DNA from: Ascidiella aspersa
Taxonomy: Eukaryota
Direction: 5' to 3'
Length of the DNA stretch: 64,000 bases
Assembly: GCA_963924565.1 (NCBI GenBank)
Contig: OZ004608.1
Coordinates: forward strand, 6,944,001 to 7,008,000
Every line of letters starts with the position of its first letter. Within the stretch, counting starts at the first letter, position 1. The notes under the pieces are model-generated. The model had not been told where the DNA came from and ran no database searches. It saw only the letters and a list, made by a program, of their open reading frames with translations. A program made the translations under genes and the position numbers. Of the stretch, positions 1 to 12,884 are shown one piece after another.

Positions 1-3000
1 AAGGTCTTCTTTGTGGACCAATAAAATGGGACAAACTGCAAACTTTTCAGCACCAAAACCAATTCGAATAAAAACATGTCGATTCTCCTTTCATAACTTA
101 CATTTTAATTTCCTTTTGCATCCTGAAAATGCAAACCCCTGCTACAATAAAACGTAAATTAACAGTCAACAACTCTCTACTCATGTCAAAGCATAAACGC
201 AGAAAGGATTAAGTTTAAGAATAACTGCAGTTGACTTCTTCAATCTTTTTGGCATAAAGCAAATTGTTACCAAGCTTCGCGGCAAAGTAAAGCGCGTTTG
301 CCGCGGAAACGACCTGGGTTGCCAAAGTCAGTATTTGGCTTGTTTGCACAGTCAAGCGAAGACACAGGAAGTATTTATTTTATGAAGAGTGCAGCGGAAC
401 TAACTAAAAGTGTTTAAAAATAAATTGTTTGTTCGTATTGGAACTCTCATGTTGAGGCACGCTTATACATATTTTTGTGTGATTTATGCGATGTATTATA
501 GTAAGAGCTATACGAAATAAATGTTACATTTTCTTTTTGGTGTTTCATCTTATGGGGCCTAAAAACAATGTTGAGACGAAAGACCATTTAAACTTTCGCT
601 TGAGTTATTCCTTTGCGCAAAATCGTTTGCGATGTTGCCCGATAATCTATAGATTAATTATTTTCAATATACGAAAATTCAATCCTGCATTTTATTTATT
701 TCTTTAACGCCTGGTATGCAAAAAAAATTTTATTTGATTTTGTAAATCCGGAATAACAGATGGATGTTTAACCTCTTCTGTTGTTTATTTTTATTAACGT
801 CACCTTGCCATAAGGCTCACAAAACTAATTGATATAACTAACTTTCCACTGTTGCCAGAACGCCTTGGAAGTTGCCCAAATGAAAGGATTTTCCGAATTC
901 ATCTACATAAACGCAAATTTCGCTAAATCAGAACTCTAAGTAAACAACTCAAGATAAAGTATGTACAGTATACCTATATCTAACAGACCCTGGTTAAATC
1001 CCATATTTCTTGGGACGCAGATATCAAAAACATCTAACGTGCCTAAATCAAAGGTTGCCTCTTATCCACTAGAATAGAAATTCCAACATGCGCCCTGCAC
1101 ACGCTGCTATGTGCATAGTTCGCTTTAAACAAGTATTATAAAGGATAAACGAGATGAAAAAAGCGGGATGTCGCCCAACGATTAAAGTTATCTGATTTGG
1201 TAAGAACGAAGCGTGTTAAAATGCGGAAATACGCTAAACTCTTTTTAACCACTGACTTTTAAATAAAAAGACAGCTTTATAAAGATTCAACCACATATAA
1301 CATCGATACTTATTAACACAGTTTAGCCGCATCATATATTTAATTTTAGGTGTTCAGGTAACAATATTTAAAAAGAAACATATCGTATTTAACTTTGGCG
1401 GGCTTCCTAAACTTTTGTTACATCATATCTTAAATATATTGAAATGTTCGCCTGTTTGTACGCTGTCCGTTCGCCAAAACAAACGTATTACCTTCTTGTA
1501 GCAAAGGCATTCTTTTCGGGGATAAATTATTCTCAATAGAGCTATAAAGTTTCGAAGGTAATTTTGTACGCCATGCGCTAGCACCGTAAAAACTTATACA
1601 TAAATAAAAAAATTAGTAATGTGTAATAGCCAAAAAAGCAGCGCACACCAGCGTCTATGGCTGAAATGCACACAAGGCGCTGATATGTTTGGTCGCAATC
1701 ACTTTTCTCGGTATTTTTAGAAATCGTTATGCGTCACATAAGTTAAAATAATTAAAGATGTGGCTCCATGCTGTGATTACACATCGACAAGTTACACCCA
1801 TATATCAATAAACCTCGGATACAGTACTGCAGGTTATCATAGGTTTACACGTAGGCGAAGGTGAGTAACATAATAGTGATTAATTTTACAGTGAGAAATT
1901 AAACTGCTCTTTAGTTTAGAAATCTCCATAACGCTGTATGCCATGTATTGGTTCATAAGAGCGACAATTGTTTTGGCGCTGGTTCCTTCGCTACTTGGCA
2001 TCAGTTGGACAACTTTGAATACCACATCGAAAACACAAAAGGAAAATATTTTTCGAAACCTTTAGCAGCTTGTGTAAAAATGAATGGAAGTCTCGCAAAA
2101 GTCAACTCTTCAAAGATTCAAAATTTTTTTATCGCAGCAACTTCAATTTAGAAACGGTAATTGATTTCCTGATACTGTAAAGTTTTGGTTTTTAAAGTTC
2201 CGGTATATCCTAAATTCTACCCAATTAATCAGGAACGGCATCAATATATTACATTGGATTGAGAGTTGAAAGCAATGACACGTTTGAATGGCTGGACGGT
2301 TCGCCGGAACAGCCGAACGTCGGGGGCTTGTGGGGCGAAAAATGCGCAGCGATGGAGAAAAAAGACTTGGAGTATCCTTGGGTTGACGTACATCGCATCA
2401 GAACGGAAAAGTACATTTGTCAAAGAAAACTTGGTAAGTTTCTTTTTTGTGCAAGCCTAGAACAGTTCTGTAGTAAACTGTTCCGTTTATATTTAAATAC
2501 AGGGTTGAATTTTAGTACTGAAAAAGCTGAATCAACAACCGGCGAGCCATTTGTTGGACATCACACGAATGTGAAGACCAATCAGCCAACGACTTTAGAG
2601 ATTGCATCAACCTCCAACGTTATAACAGGTTAGCTAGACCTATAAGCAGTTGCAATATCGATTCTGTTTTGCAGATTAGTTTAAAAAAAGTGTTTTATAA
2701 TGCACTGTACGCATTGAATTACATTTTTTCGTGCACCCAGTATGACTTTATTGTGCTCGCGCAAATTGCGGACATTTTCATGCCGTTATGACTGCATAAC
2801 ACCCCTGGAATTATTAATTGTACGGCAACAGAATCATTCATATACACAATGTGCATTCTATGTTCAAACACTTGTTAAGTCTGCAACAGACAATAAAATG
2901 TACTGTATGTTAACAAACATTAAAATTGAATCAAAGTAAGGTAGTTCTTTAAGGTATTTTTTGCTATTTATTTTGAAATAGCAATTGAAATATTGTTGAA

Positions 3001-5165
3001 TTGCTTACTTTGTCAAGTTTTAATATTAAAAGAATGAATTATTTTACTACCAATTATTTGCATACCGTATATATTTGTGGAAAATCCTTGCTTTACAGGA
3101 AACCAATCAATCATCATAGCTGCTTCAATCGGTGGTGTGGTCATATTGTTCTGCCTCACAGCAGCTGCCGTGCTTTGCGTAAGGTAAGTGGGCCATATAC
3201 AACAGCGGAAGAATGTGCGAAACTTTACAACAAAACTTCATTCATTTCAGAAGTCATTTGAAAGCGAGAAAACAACAGCCATCATCAAATCACAACATAG
3301 GTATATGTTTATGTAATACTGATGTGTTTATATTAGTTATTGGCTCTGACATTATCACCACTCGGCCATAGCGCATACATTTAATCCCTTTAAAAACACA
3401 AAAGGGACAGAAAACATCAATAAACATTCTTACGGGAAAATGTCCCTAAACATCTTCTTTGCATTTATAAAAATAAATCGACCATGCAAACGATCATTTC
3501 TAAAATTATTTTAAACTCCAATCATTCTTAAAAACATTTTTAGACTGTAAAAATGTATGTGGTGGCTTCTTACGAAAGTATTATTGTGTTTCACAAACGA
3601 AAATAGTACCAATAGAAAGTATATCACATCACAAAGATAGAACTAACTCCTGAGAAACTGTTTTATACGCGCTAATTAACATTTATCTCATTTAAAAAAT
3701 AGGGGAAACCGGCGATGAAGAAAATAATGGCTACATCGGAACCAATCGTATGGTTCCTCTACAAGAAGATGAAAACGGATACTTGCGATCCAACTAAGAA
3801 GTACCAGTCCAAGTGTCGCTGGTCGGTGAACAAGGATATTTTGAATTAAACCCCACTAGTTTGCCCCAGGCAGAAGGGTCAATCATGAACCAATATGCAC
3901 TGGTTGATGAATCAAATTACCCTGCTCCGGAATATTATGAGATTATCAACCCCGTTCAACAATAATCGATGACGTAGATTCATGTCATTACGCAAGATTG
4001 TTTCAAGGAAAACAGAGAAACTGAATCAGTTATCCATGATTATACACTTTAAATATCTAACGTGTACACTACAGGGATTGTACCTCCAGCTTTTTATAGC
4101 AATAAGTTGAAAATATAACGGAATTTACGCTGTTTTTAAAGCTCGAATTAATTATTTAGAACTGCTTCATTTCCGTAATAAAGTCTTCAAAAAGCATGAA
4201 TTGAATATTTAAAGAATCACAAGATTGCATAAAACTATACTTGCTTACTTTGCATGAGTTTAGCAAGCCAAACGAATATCGGTGTATACCACTTCTTGGT
4301 AATGTTTAATCTACGTTGCGGCAAAATGAGGCTCGCTTTCCCGCGGCAACTGTTTTGATTTACGAAGTCAGCCTCAGAGCAAAGTAACAAGAAAGGGCAC
4401 GATGTAACATTTTTTAATTGATTTGTTAACGCCCTCTAGCGGATCTTGGCAAGGCAATAAATTACGTCTTAGATCGGTAAAATAAAAATTGTACGCTTCC
4501 TTCGTGTTTATAATATGTTGCTTAGAAACGGTGTGTTACATAATTTTATGTTTTAAGAATGTATTACACATTTGGTGTTAATGTTTTGTTATTGTGCTTG
4601 ACACCATTACTGAAACAAATCTTGGCTTCATCTTTTCCTATTTTAACTGTCAAATAAGGTGTTTGCACTGCATTCTATTGTGCTATAGTTTCAATGAAAA
4701 AGACACAATTAAGCAACGTTCCTGTTATTTGACATCCAACAACTTTGCAAATAAATCGTCAGATGTTATTGAAAGTGCTTCAAAAATAGGTCTGCGGATA
4801 TCACCTCACTTATTTATAGATTAGGGAGAAAATAAGCAATTGTGCCTGAAACTATAACGCAAGAAACTATAACGGTATAACTATAAGCGACCGTCGTGCT
4901 GCAAGACAATTCTGGATTGCAACTTAGAGAGTGTGCTGCAATTGTTGTAGGCTATTTTTCATAATTTTAGTCAAAGGTTTAAATTGTTGGTGTTAAAGTC
5001 CTACAGGTTGCATCCAAGCCTGATTTAGCTTGATATGCGGATCAATAAGAGACATTTTGAAAGGCTGAGCTTTGTTAGTGCAAATCGAGTTTTATTACAG
5101 ACTATATACTATTACAATGAACAGTGTTAATACTATTTTGAAACAGCGGTTCTCATAGTATGAGA
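1..5165 (+). repeat. Segmental duplication, paralogous to ~23017-29450
   Basis: Colinear high identity through the flanks and CTLR1/CTLR5. The part at ~4240-5165 is also repeated at ~11540-12512, and 1-1150 at ~16309-17350. Confidence 0.9.
1943..3965 (+). pseudogene. CTLR1: pseudogene of type I CTLD receptor (DENGY-tail type), paralog of CTLR5
   Basis: Exons ~1943-2156, 2233-2433, 2503-2628, 3099-3183 (TM IIIAASIGGVVILFCLTAAAVLCV), 3251-3300, 3703-3965. Lesions versus CTLR5 and other paralogs: 7-nt deletion in the signal peptide (frameshift), +1 T near 2130, 24-nt deletion of LNYKNWKP, conserved Cys to Arg, and TAA at 3795 in the tail. Confidence 0.88.
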
Positions 5166-6650
5166 AACCAACATACGTCGCAGAGGATAAAATGTGGGTC
5201 GCGTGATTTCGATTCACATCTGCCGAAAATTGAACTGTAAAAACTATTAACTTTTTTCATCCTATTAAAGTTCGTTCCATGTCGACATAGACTAAGTTAT
5301 TGCATCGAACACATTTATTCGAGTAATAGTTTAACACATTTATTTGGTTAATAGTTTAACACATTTATTAGAGGTTTTGCAAAATACGGGGGACACGAAG
5401 CTACTTGTCTTCAAAAACTATATTTTTTGTCAACTTTAATTACTCCAGTTTCTACAGTCTAACGGTATGCCGACTTCGTTCTCCGATAAATGTTATTTCG
5501 GTCAAATGATCTATTTAAAACATTTAAAGATACTAGAATAACAATCTTCAAGCAATATTGCCTATTCAAAACCTATACTAACCATCAGTGTTGCGTAAAC
5601 AGTTGAAATAAAAGGTACAATTAGTTGCCAAAAAAAAACAAGCGTTATATCCAAACAGAAAACGGGAAAATTGCCAATCACAAGCGAAAAATAACAGCAA
5701 ATGCTGAATACATTTGTCCAAACCAGAGTTACATAACTATAAAGCAAAATGAAGTTCGGGCTTTACCAAATGTGTAAACTACAGGCCTACGTTGTTAATT
5801 CTGCTTGCATTTTTATCGATTGTGATGCGAAATATTTAGATAAATATTCACCTAACGTTAACGTGAAGATTTTGACAATTTTTTTTTTTAAGTCAAAAAG
5901 TAGTCGCCTTTCTTATAACAATACTTTGTAGCTTTAATTCAGAATTTCGAACTCGTACTCGCAATTCATCATACATTATGCAGAAGCGTATAAAATCGCA
6001 CATATTATAAAACAGTAAGTTGACACTTCGAACAAAAACAAATCTGCAACTTTCTTTAAATTGTGAATGTGTGATTTCCAGTCTACATTCTAATAAGTTA
6101 GGTGGAACTTCGGAAATATTTGTTTATTTGCTTTACGCAAAAATTCTACTTTTGTTGCTCAGTCGTAGATGTTGTTGTGTTTTGCGGAAGGGTTTGAAAT
6201 TGTAACCTATGCTTTAAAGCAGGCATTGGGGCGTTTTTTTCGTTTAATAAGCTTGTTCGGTGCACTTTTGTTCAGTAGACTCTTTGTAGTATGTAAGTTT
6301 AGATTTAAAATCCCAAGAGCATTTAACTTTTGGTTTAATGGCTTTTTGTAATCTCCACATGACGTTTAAATTTATGCAATCTGCAATTTTAACGCTGGTT
6401 GATGCTTGATTGCGCCTATTTGTTTACCCGTACTTAACTTAAGTGTTTGTGTTGCCTGACTAACATAGAAGAGTTAGGGAAAAGAGTTCATCATAAACTG
6501 GAAAGCATCGAAAATGACATATATGACTATGGGTGGATTGTTTGTCTGAAAGAATGACCGCATTACGTCAGTGCTGATGTAGTTAGTAGTTTATACAGCT
6601 TTACCCACGGCATTCATTTGCGATTCTCAGCAACTTCTGGTTGGTTTAAG

Positions 6651-9600
6651 ATGGTCACACTAGTCAATGTGATGATTGCATTTACTACTGCGACAAGCTC
6701 ATTTGCGATGTGGTACCAATCGGACAACTTTGAATACAAAATTGAAAGCAATGGAAAGCGAACGTTTAAGGGAGCTGCTACGGCTTGCAGGGAAATGAAT
6801 GCATCTCTGGTTAAAGTCAACTCTTCGGTTGTACAAATGTTCTTAGCTCAGAAAATTGAAAGAGGTAGCTTAAACAATTACAGAGCGAATCAAATGTAAC
6901 TCATATTTATCAATTAGACAAATCATTCCTAAAGCTTAGTACTGGGTTTCTATCCATTTTACGAAAGTTAGAATAACATATTCGTTCGAACAAAATTCAG
7001 TTCCGAGTAAGGCCAAAATAGAAAGACACAAAGTCGGAAATACTTGTAAAGCGGAATTAAACAAGCCTTTCAGAAAACAACCTAAACGGACAGAATACGA
7101 TTTTAACAATGTCTACTCTAAACACACATAGGGTATTACTAAGTCATTGGATTAACTATTATGTTGGTTAGTAAGGTTTTATCTAAAGTTTTGATTTAAA
7201 TATTGAGGTTTATTGTTTTTATTGCGCGTTTCATTGTTCAGGTTCGAGCACTTACTATATTGGATTAACGAAAGGAACGGATGACAAATTCAAATGGTTG
7301 GACGATTCAAGTTTAAATTATACGAAATGGGATTGGTTGGAGCCGAATAATTGGCTGTGGAAAGATGAGGATTGTGCCGTGATGCAAGACAGTCCAGACT
7401 TTCTTTGGAATGATATATCATGCAGCCGAAAAGAAAAATACATTTGTCAGAGACCAATTGGTATGTATACTGCATAGGCTATCCTACGTTGATTTTAAAT
7501 GACCTACGTTATACCAACAACAAAATATATACATGAAGAAAAATTAAATTACTAATTTCGTTTCTGAAAAAACATTGTTTCCCCTAAGTTATTGCCTGTT
7601 TGTTAGACGAAAATCAGTATTCTTTTTAAAATATTACCGAAACATTCAAACCCGTTTGTGTATAGCAAAACATGCTTGCGCAGAATACCTGAGATGTCTC
7701 GAAAAATGCATACATGATTGTGTATATAAAATCGTAGAGACCCCAGAACGTTACGAAATCCATAATATCAATAACTGTCGGGTTTTGACCCAAATCATTT
7801 CATATCCTAATAAATTTATATAAACAACGTAAGGCAAGAAATATCTATAGTCTTACCCATGTTGGTTTGTTAGTTGTGAGCATGTGGAAGGTTCGACATT
7901 TAATATTATTTTTTGGTGTTTTGTGAATTTACGTTGTTTACAGAGCTACTTAGCCCCACAACAGCTTCGTCGACTCATCAAACAACTGTTGAAGGCTACA
8001 CTAATGCGGCAATAAACCCCACAACTGCTAACAATAATGCACTAACCAAAAACCTTCCAACAGGTAGCCATTAACTTTCCTTCCGCAAATGTAATGTACA
8101 GTAAAACGCTCGTTTGAGGCAGTAGTTTAGGTAATTTTAAAATTCTCTTAGTTTAAATCGTAGTATCCATAGATCAGTTTTGTGTTCGAAAACCATTAAT
8201 CCTAAATGCATTTCTGATGGTAATTTTAAATATGTTATAACATAGCTTCGGCATAATAAAATAGTCCGTTTGGGTGCTATTTCAATACAGAAAAGCTGTT
8301 TTTAGGAAGTCTTTAGGAAAGTGTTTAGCGTAAAGCTGAGTTTATATATATTGCACACTGCTCGCTTTCGTTATATTTCTATAAATTATTTTATGTTGGA
8401 GCACAAATATTCTAAGACACTTTACAGGGTTTTGCTTGACCCCTTAAAATAATTGTTGCATCATTCAGCTTATTGTCTTACGGCCAAATAGAGTTCATCA
8501 AAATAATTTGGTTTCGTAAACAGTTTCACCCTCTTTGTAAAACAAACGCAATACGAGCCCGTCATCACGGATATGACGTCATTCGAAGGAAAAACAATAA
8601 ACAGCAGCTCGTCATAAGGTTGACGTGTTATTCCTTACATTTTCGCAAAAGTTAATTTGCATCAAGTATAGCCTTACTTGCGGTAACATTTTGATTTTGC
8701 AAAAGGATAAGCCTTATTTGTAACGTAATGGCTGTACATGCAGACGGCCGCACTAGGACGTATGCAAAGGAATCTGGATCATCAACTGTTGTAATAATTG
8801 CATCGATCTCCGGAGTTGTGCTTCTTTGCTTTGCAGCACTTGCTGTAGCATTGTGCATAAGGTGGGTGTAACTGATTGAAGCATACGGTGGTTAAATGTC
8901 AAAATTGTGTAATTGTGCTTTGTTCCTTATTTTAGGAAAAGCCGAGCGGTCAAGCAACAACCAAATATTAATCACGATGAAGGTTAGTGTTACATTACCC
9001 AGGTATATAGCCTATAGGAAAATTCTCGCATATCTCGCTTGCAAGAAAATCAAATTGAATTAGCCGGAGAGTCAATAGTGTTGTCCGACACTTCTTATTT
9101 TATTCCGATACAAAAACCAAGTATTTCGGGAAAAAAAGTTTGAGCCGAACTGACCAAATTACAACGTAATTGCAACGTTAATTTTCAAAATGAAAAACAA
9201 TGTTAAACACAAAATATAAATAAACACTTAACAATTATTGTTAACATGCTTTTTCTAACAAATTTACGTTTTTTGGTGGAAAAAACTCACAGTAAACCAA
9301 CGCTGTGTTTCACATTTGTACACGGTTATTTAGCACTGTTTTGTATCAGATTGGTAGAGATGCCACCCTACTATTGCACAGTACAAATGCTATTGGGTAT
9401 CGGTTGTTATCGGATAGTACATGCCGAAAACTCACCAGTAATTTTTTCCTCGTCCGGCCTTAAATCTTTTCATACCAAGGTATTCGTTTGTATTTTGATC
9501 AAATATAGGTATATATGCTTTATAGGTAGTAATTACAAGTATTGCCGGAATAGCAATTTTTCAATTGAAATAAATGTACAGTCTCGTTTAAGCTAAATAG

Positions 9601-9915
9601 ACAAAGAGTGATGACATTTCAAATGACTTGGTTGTCGATTTGAACTATGTAAACGTTGAAAATACAAATATTATTCTAAATTTGCTGTTAGGCAATCAGG
9701 CCTCGTCTCAGGACGTGTACGAAATGCTTGCAAACAACCAATACTCGTCTTTGAACTTGGGAACAACTTCTCAACCACACAGCGGTGGTCAAAATGCGTC
9801 TGAAACTGGCAACGAATATTCACATCTTAACTTATCCGGAATAGCAACTGGAAATGTCAACTCACGAGAACAGGCGGTGTACTCCGTGGCAGCAATTGGT
9901 AAGCCTTTAACATAG
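6651..9915 (+). CDS. CTLR2: type I C-type lectin receptor, EPN/WND CTLD, multi-YxxL (ITAM-like) tail
   Basis: Six GT-AG exons join in frame: 6651-6864, 7242-7460 (YYIGL...WLEPNN...EDC...WNDISC...YIC), 7944-8063 (S/T stalk), 8744-8861 (TM VVIIASISGVVLLCFAALAVALCI), 8936-8982, 9692-9915 (YEML, YSSL, YSHL, VYSV). Confidence 0.88.
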
Positions 9916-10532
9916 ATGTCCAATGGAATTACATTCATGTCAAATCAACTAGCTTGGGATAGTGTAACGGCGGGCCATCAAACTGAAGTAAATGTGCCAT
10001 TGGCAATCATTTTATTTTTTTTAACAACGTGTACAAATTTTGGGGACGGTAACAGTGTCAAATTGCTGGTTAGCTTTTAGACATTCCATTTATTTAAAAC
10101 AAATTCGCTTTGTGGCTACCTCCAATGTTTTTTTATAAATCACTCCTTGTAAGTTTTCGACATGTGTCCTATTTAAAACAACTTTAAACGTTTAACATGT
10201 TTTAATCTTACCGGGGAATCTTCTTCCAAAACACTAAACAATAACAAACATAAACACACCAAATCAAATAACGAACAATTTATTTACAAACTTTTAAATT
10301 AAAGGAACTGAATCAAAGGATTGCGGAAATATTCCTGCACCGTCCCAGGCCTACGATTTCGCCGACTAAAGTGATCATCGAGGCTCTAACGGCGAGAAAA
10401 CATCCAGCGACACTTACACGACTGTCATTAAGGGTTGAACGTTTATCACTTTCAAAAATCGATATCTTATGTCATGCTAATAATAAAATTTAAGCTTTTT
10501 GTTAGAACACAGTTTTCTCTTATGCAGTTGCA

Positions 10533-10777
10533 CAGAGGCGTAGCTAAGGGGGTAGGGTACATATGTCCCCTGGCGCCAAGGTACACGGGCGCCAAAATGA
10601 GGCTTATAAATGCACAAATTAGGCTACTTCTCCTTTAAATGCAAAATTCTTTTGAAATTTGAATTGCTTTTTCGGATATAGTAATGTATATTATGTTAGT
10701 GTAATAGACAATGTGATTAAACATGGAGGAGGGGCGCCGTTTGCCCCCGGGCGCAAAATACTCTGGCTACGCCTCTG
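10533..10777. mobile_element. MITE (hAT-like)
   Basis: TIR cagaggcgtagc / gctacgcctctg; 8-bp flanks cagttgca / caattgca. Confidence 0.8.
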
Positions 10778-11008
10778 CAATTGCAACCAATAAATTATTA
10801 ATACAACTTTCTACATTTCGAAACTTGTGCTCAGACGCTCTGTTTTGTTTTACTCAAATTGTTTTATAATCTAGCCAGTGTACACATACCGATGGTCTGT
10901 TGGGTGGGTAACTTCCTAAACTGACCAAGCGACATCAGCAGAGTGTATTTTAAGAAGTATTTAAAATAAGTGGACACGGTTTTACCAACGTAGACACACT
11001 GTTTAAAC

Positions 11009-11454
11009 CAGGGCTGCGGAGACGGTTAAAAATAACCCGAGTCCAATTCCCGAGTCTGACTCCGGCCAAAAAATAAACCCGAGTCCGACTCTGGTCAAAT
11101 GTGCAATTTTGTCGAGTCCCGAGTCTGGCCCGGACTGTTCAGCCTGTATTTCATCAATTTACGTAACTAAAATAACTTGGATATTCAGCAATCCACTTAT
11201 AGGGGTGTCAAATAAGTCATTAACTCACAATACATGGTTGGAAAACATTTCCACCATTATTCCACATTTGCAATTTCCATTTGGCGGCCATATCAGTTTT
11301 AAACTTTGGTACTGCGCATGCGCATGTCGGACTCGGAACTCGGGCAGTTTTACAAGGTCTTACCCGAGTCCCGTGTCCCGAGTTCGACTCCAGCAAAAAC
11401 AAATAGACTCCTCGAATCCTGAGTCGCAAGTCCGACTACGACTCCGCAGCCCTG
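11009..11454. mobile_element. MITE (hAT) with internal ccgagtc/gactc repeats
   Basis: TIR cagggctgcggag / ctccgcagccctg; TSD gtttaaac / gtttaagc; empty paralogous site near 17882. Confidence 0.9.
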
Positions 11455-12884
11455 GTTTAAGCGTGGCCTGCTTTAGTTGATTTCTCCAATACTGAAGCGT
11501 ACCTCAAATTGTTACCAACATGGCGGCAAAATGAGGCTTTAAAAAGCATGAATTGAAGATTTAAAAAATCACAACATTGCATAAAACTATACATGTTTAT
11601 TTTGCAAGAGTTTAGCAAACCAAACGAATATCGGCGTATAACACTTCTTGGTAATGTCTAATCTACGTTGCGGCAAAATGACGCTCGCTTTCCCGCGGCA
11701 ACTGTTTAGTTTTACGAAGTCAGCCTCAGAGCAACGTAACAAGAAAGGGCACGAAGTGACTATTTTCAATTAATTTGTTAACGCCCTCTTGCGGATCCTG
11801 ACAAGGTAATAAATTACGTCTTGGATCGATAAAAAAATGTGTAAGCTTCCTTCGTGTTTATAATATGTTGCTTAGAAAGGGTGTGTTATATAATTTTATG
11901 TTTTAAGAATGTATTACACATTTTGTGTTCATGTTTTGTTATTGTGCTTGACACCATAACTGAAATAAATCTTGGGTTCATCTTTTCCTATTTTAACTGT
12001 CAAATAAGGTGTTTGCACTGCATTCTAATGTGCTATAGTTTCAATAAAAAAGACACAATTAAGCAACGTTCGTGTTATTTGATATGCAACAACTTTGCAA
12101 ATAAATCGTCAGATGTTATTAAAAGTGCTTCAAAAATAGGTCTGTGGATATCTCCTCCCTTATTTATAGATTAGGGAGAAAATAGGCAATTGTGCCTGAA
12201 ACTATAACGCAAGAAACTATAACGATATAACTATAAGCGACCGTCGTGCTGTAAGACAATTCTGGATTGCAACTTAGAGAGTGTGCTGCAATTGTTGTAG
12301 GCTATTTTTTCACAATTTTATTCAAAGGTTTAAATTGTTGGTGTTAAAGTCCTAGAGGTTGTATTCTAGCCTGATTTAGCTTGATATGCGGATCAATAAG
12401 AGACATTTTGAAAGGCTGAGCTTTGTTAGTGCAAATCGAGTTTTATTACAGACTATATACTATTACAATGAACAGTGTTAATACTATTTTGAAACAGCGG
12501 TTCTCATAGTATGTAAGAGACATTTTAAAAGGCTGAGCTTTGTTGCAAATTGAGTTTTATTGCAGACTATACTATAACAATAACTAAAACAAAAATTTTA
12601 CCGTGTTTGTTTTGTGTTAAACACAGGCATATATTACCCAAATCCTGTGGAGTTTTTACACCATTTCAACAAAAACTAAAGTTAAGGGTATTGTATTGCA
12701 ATGTAAAGTACATAGAAAATTAAGACTTTTGTAAGAAAATAAAGACCTTTAAAATACTTTTTTGCAACTAATGGGTCCAGCGTATCGATTTTGCAGTGTA
12801 AAGTATAAATTATGTTAGGTTGCAATTGCATGTAGGCCCTTTAAAGTTTTGAAGTCCAAGTTATTTCTTATTGATGTTTATAGG

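Noticed and set aside
486-707. ORF recurring at 16606-16947 and 23431-23763
   Set aside because: Similarity is explained by recent segmental duplication. Starts and stops differ, and the composition is that of AT-rich non-coding DNA.
4594-4824. ORF recurring at 11854-12174
   Set aside because: Lies in duplicated intergenic DNA, and the third copy near 28900 is frameshifted.
11109-11480. 123-aa ORF and short gactc/gagtc repeats
   Set aside because: Inside a MITE with TIRs and a TSD. No transposase motifs, and no repeat-spacer periodicity, so it is not CRISPR.
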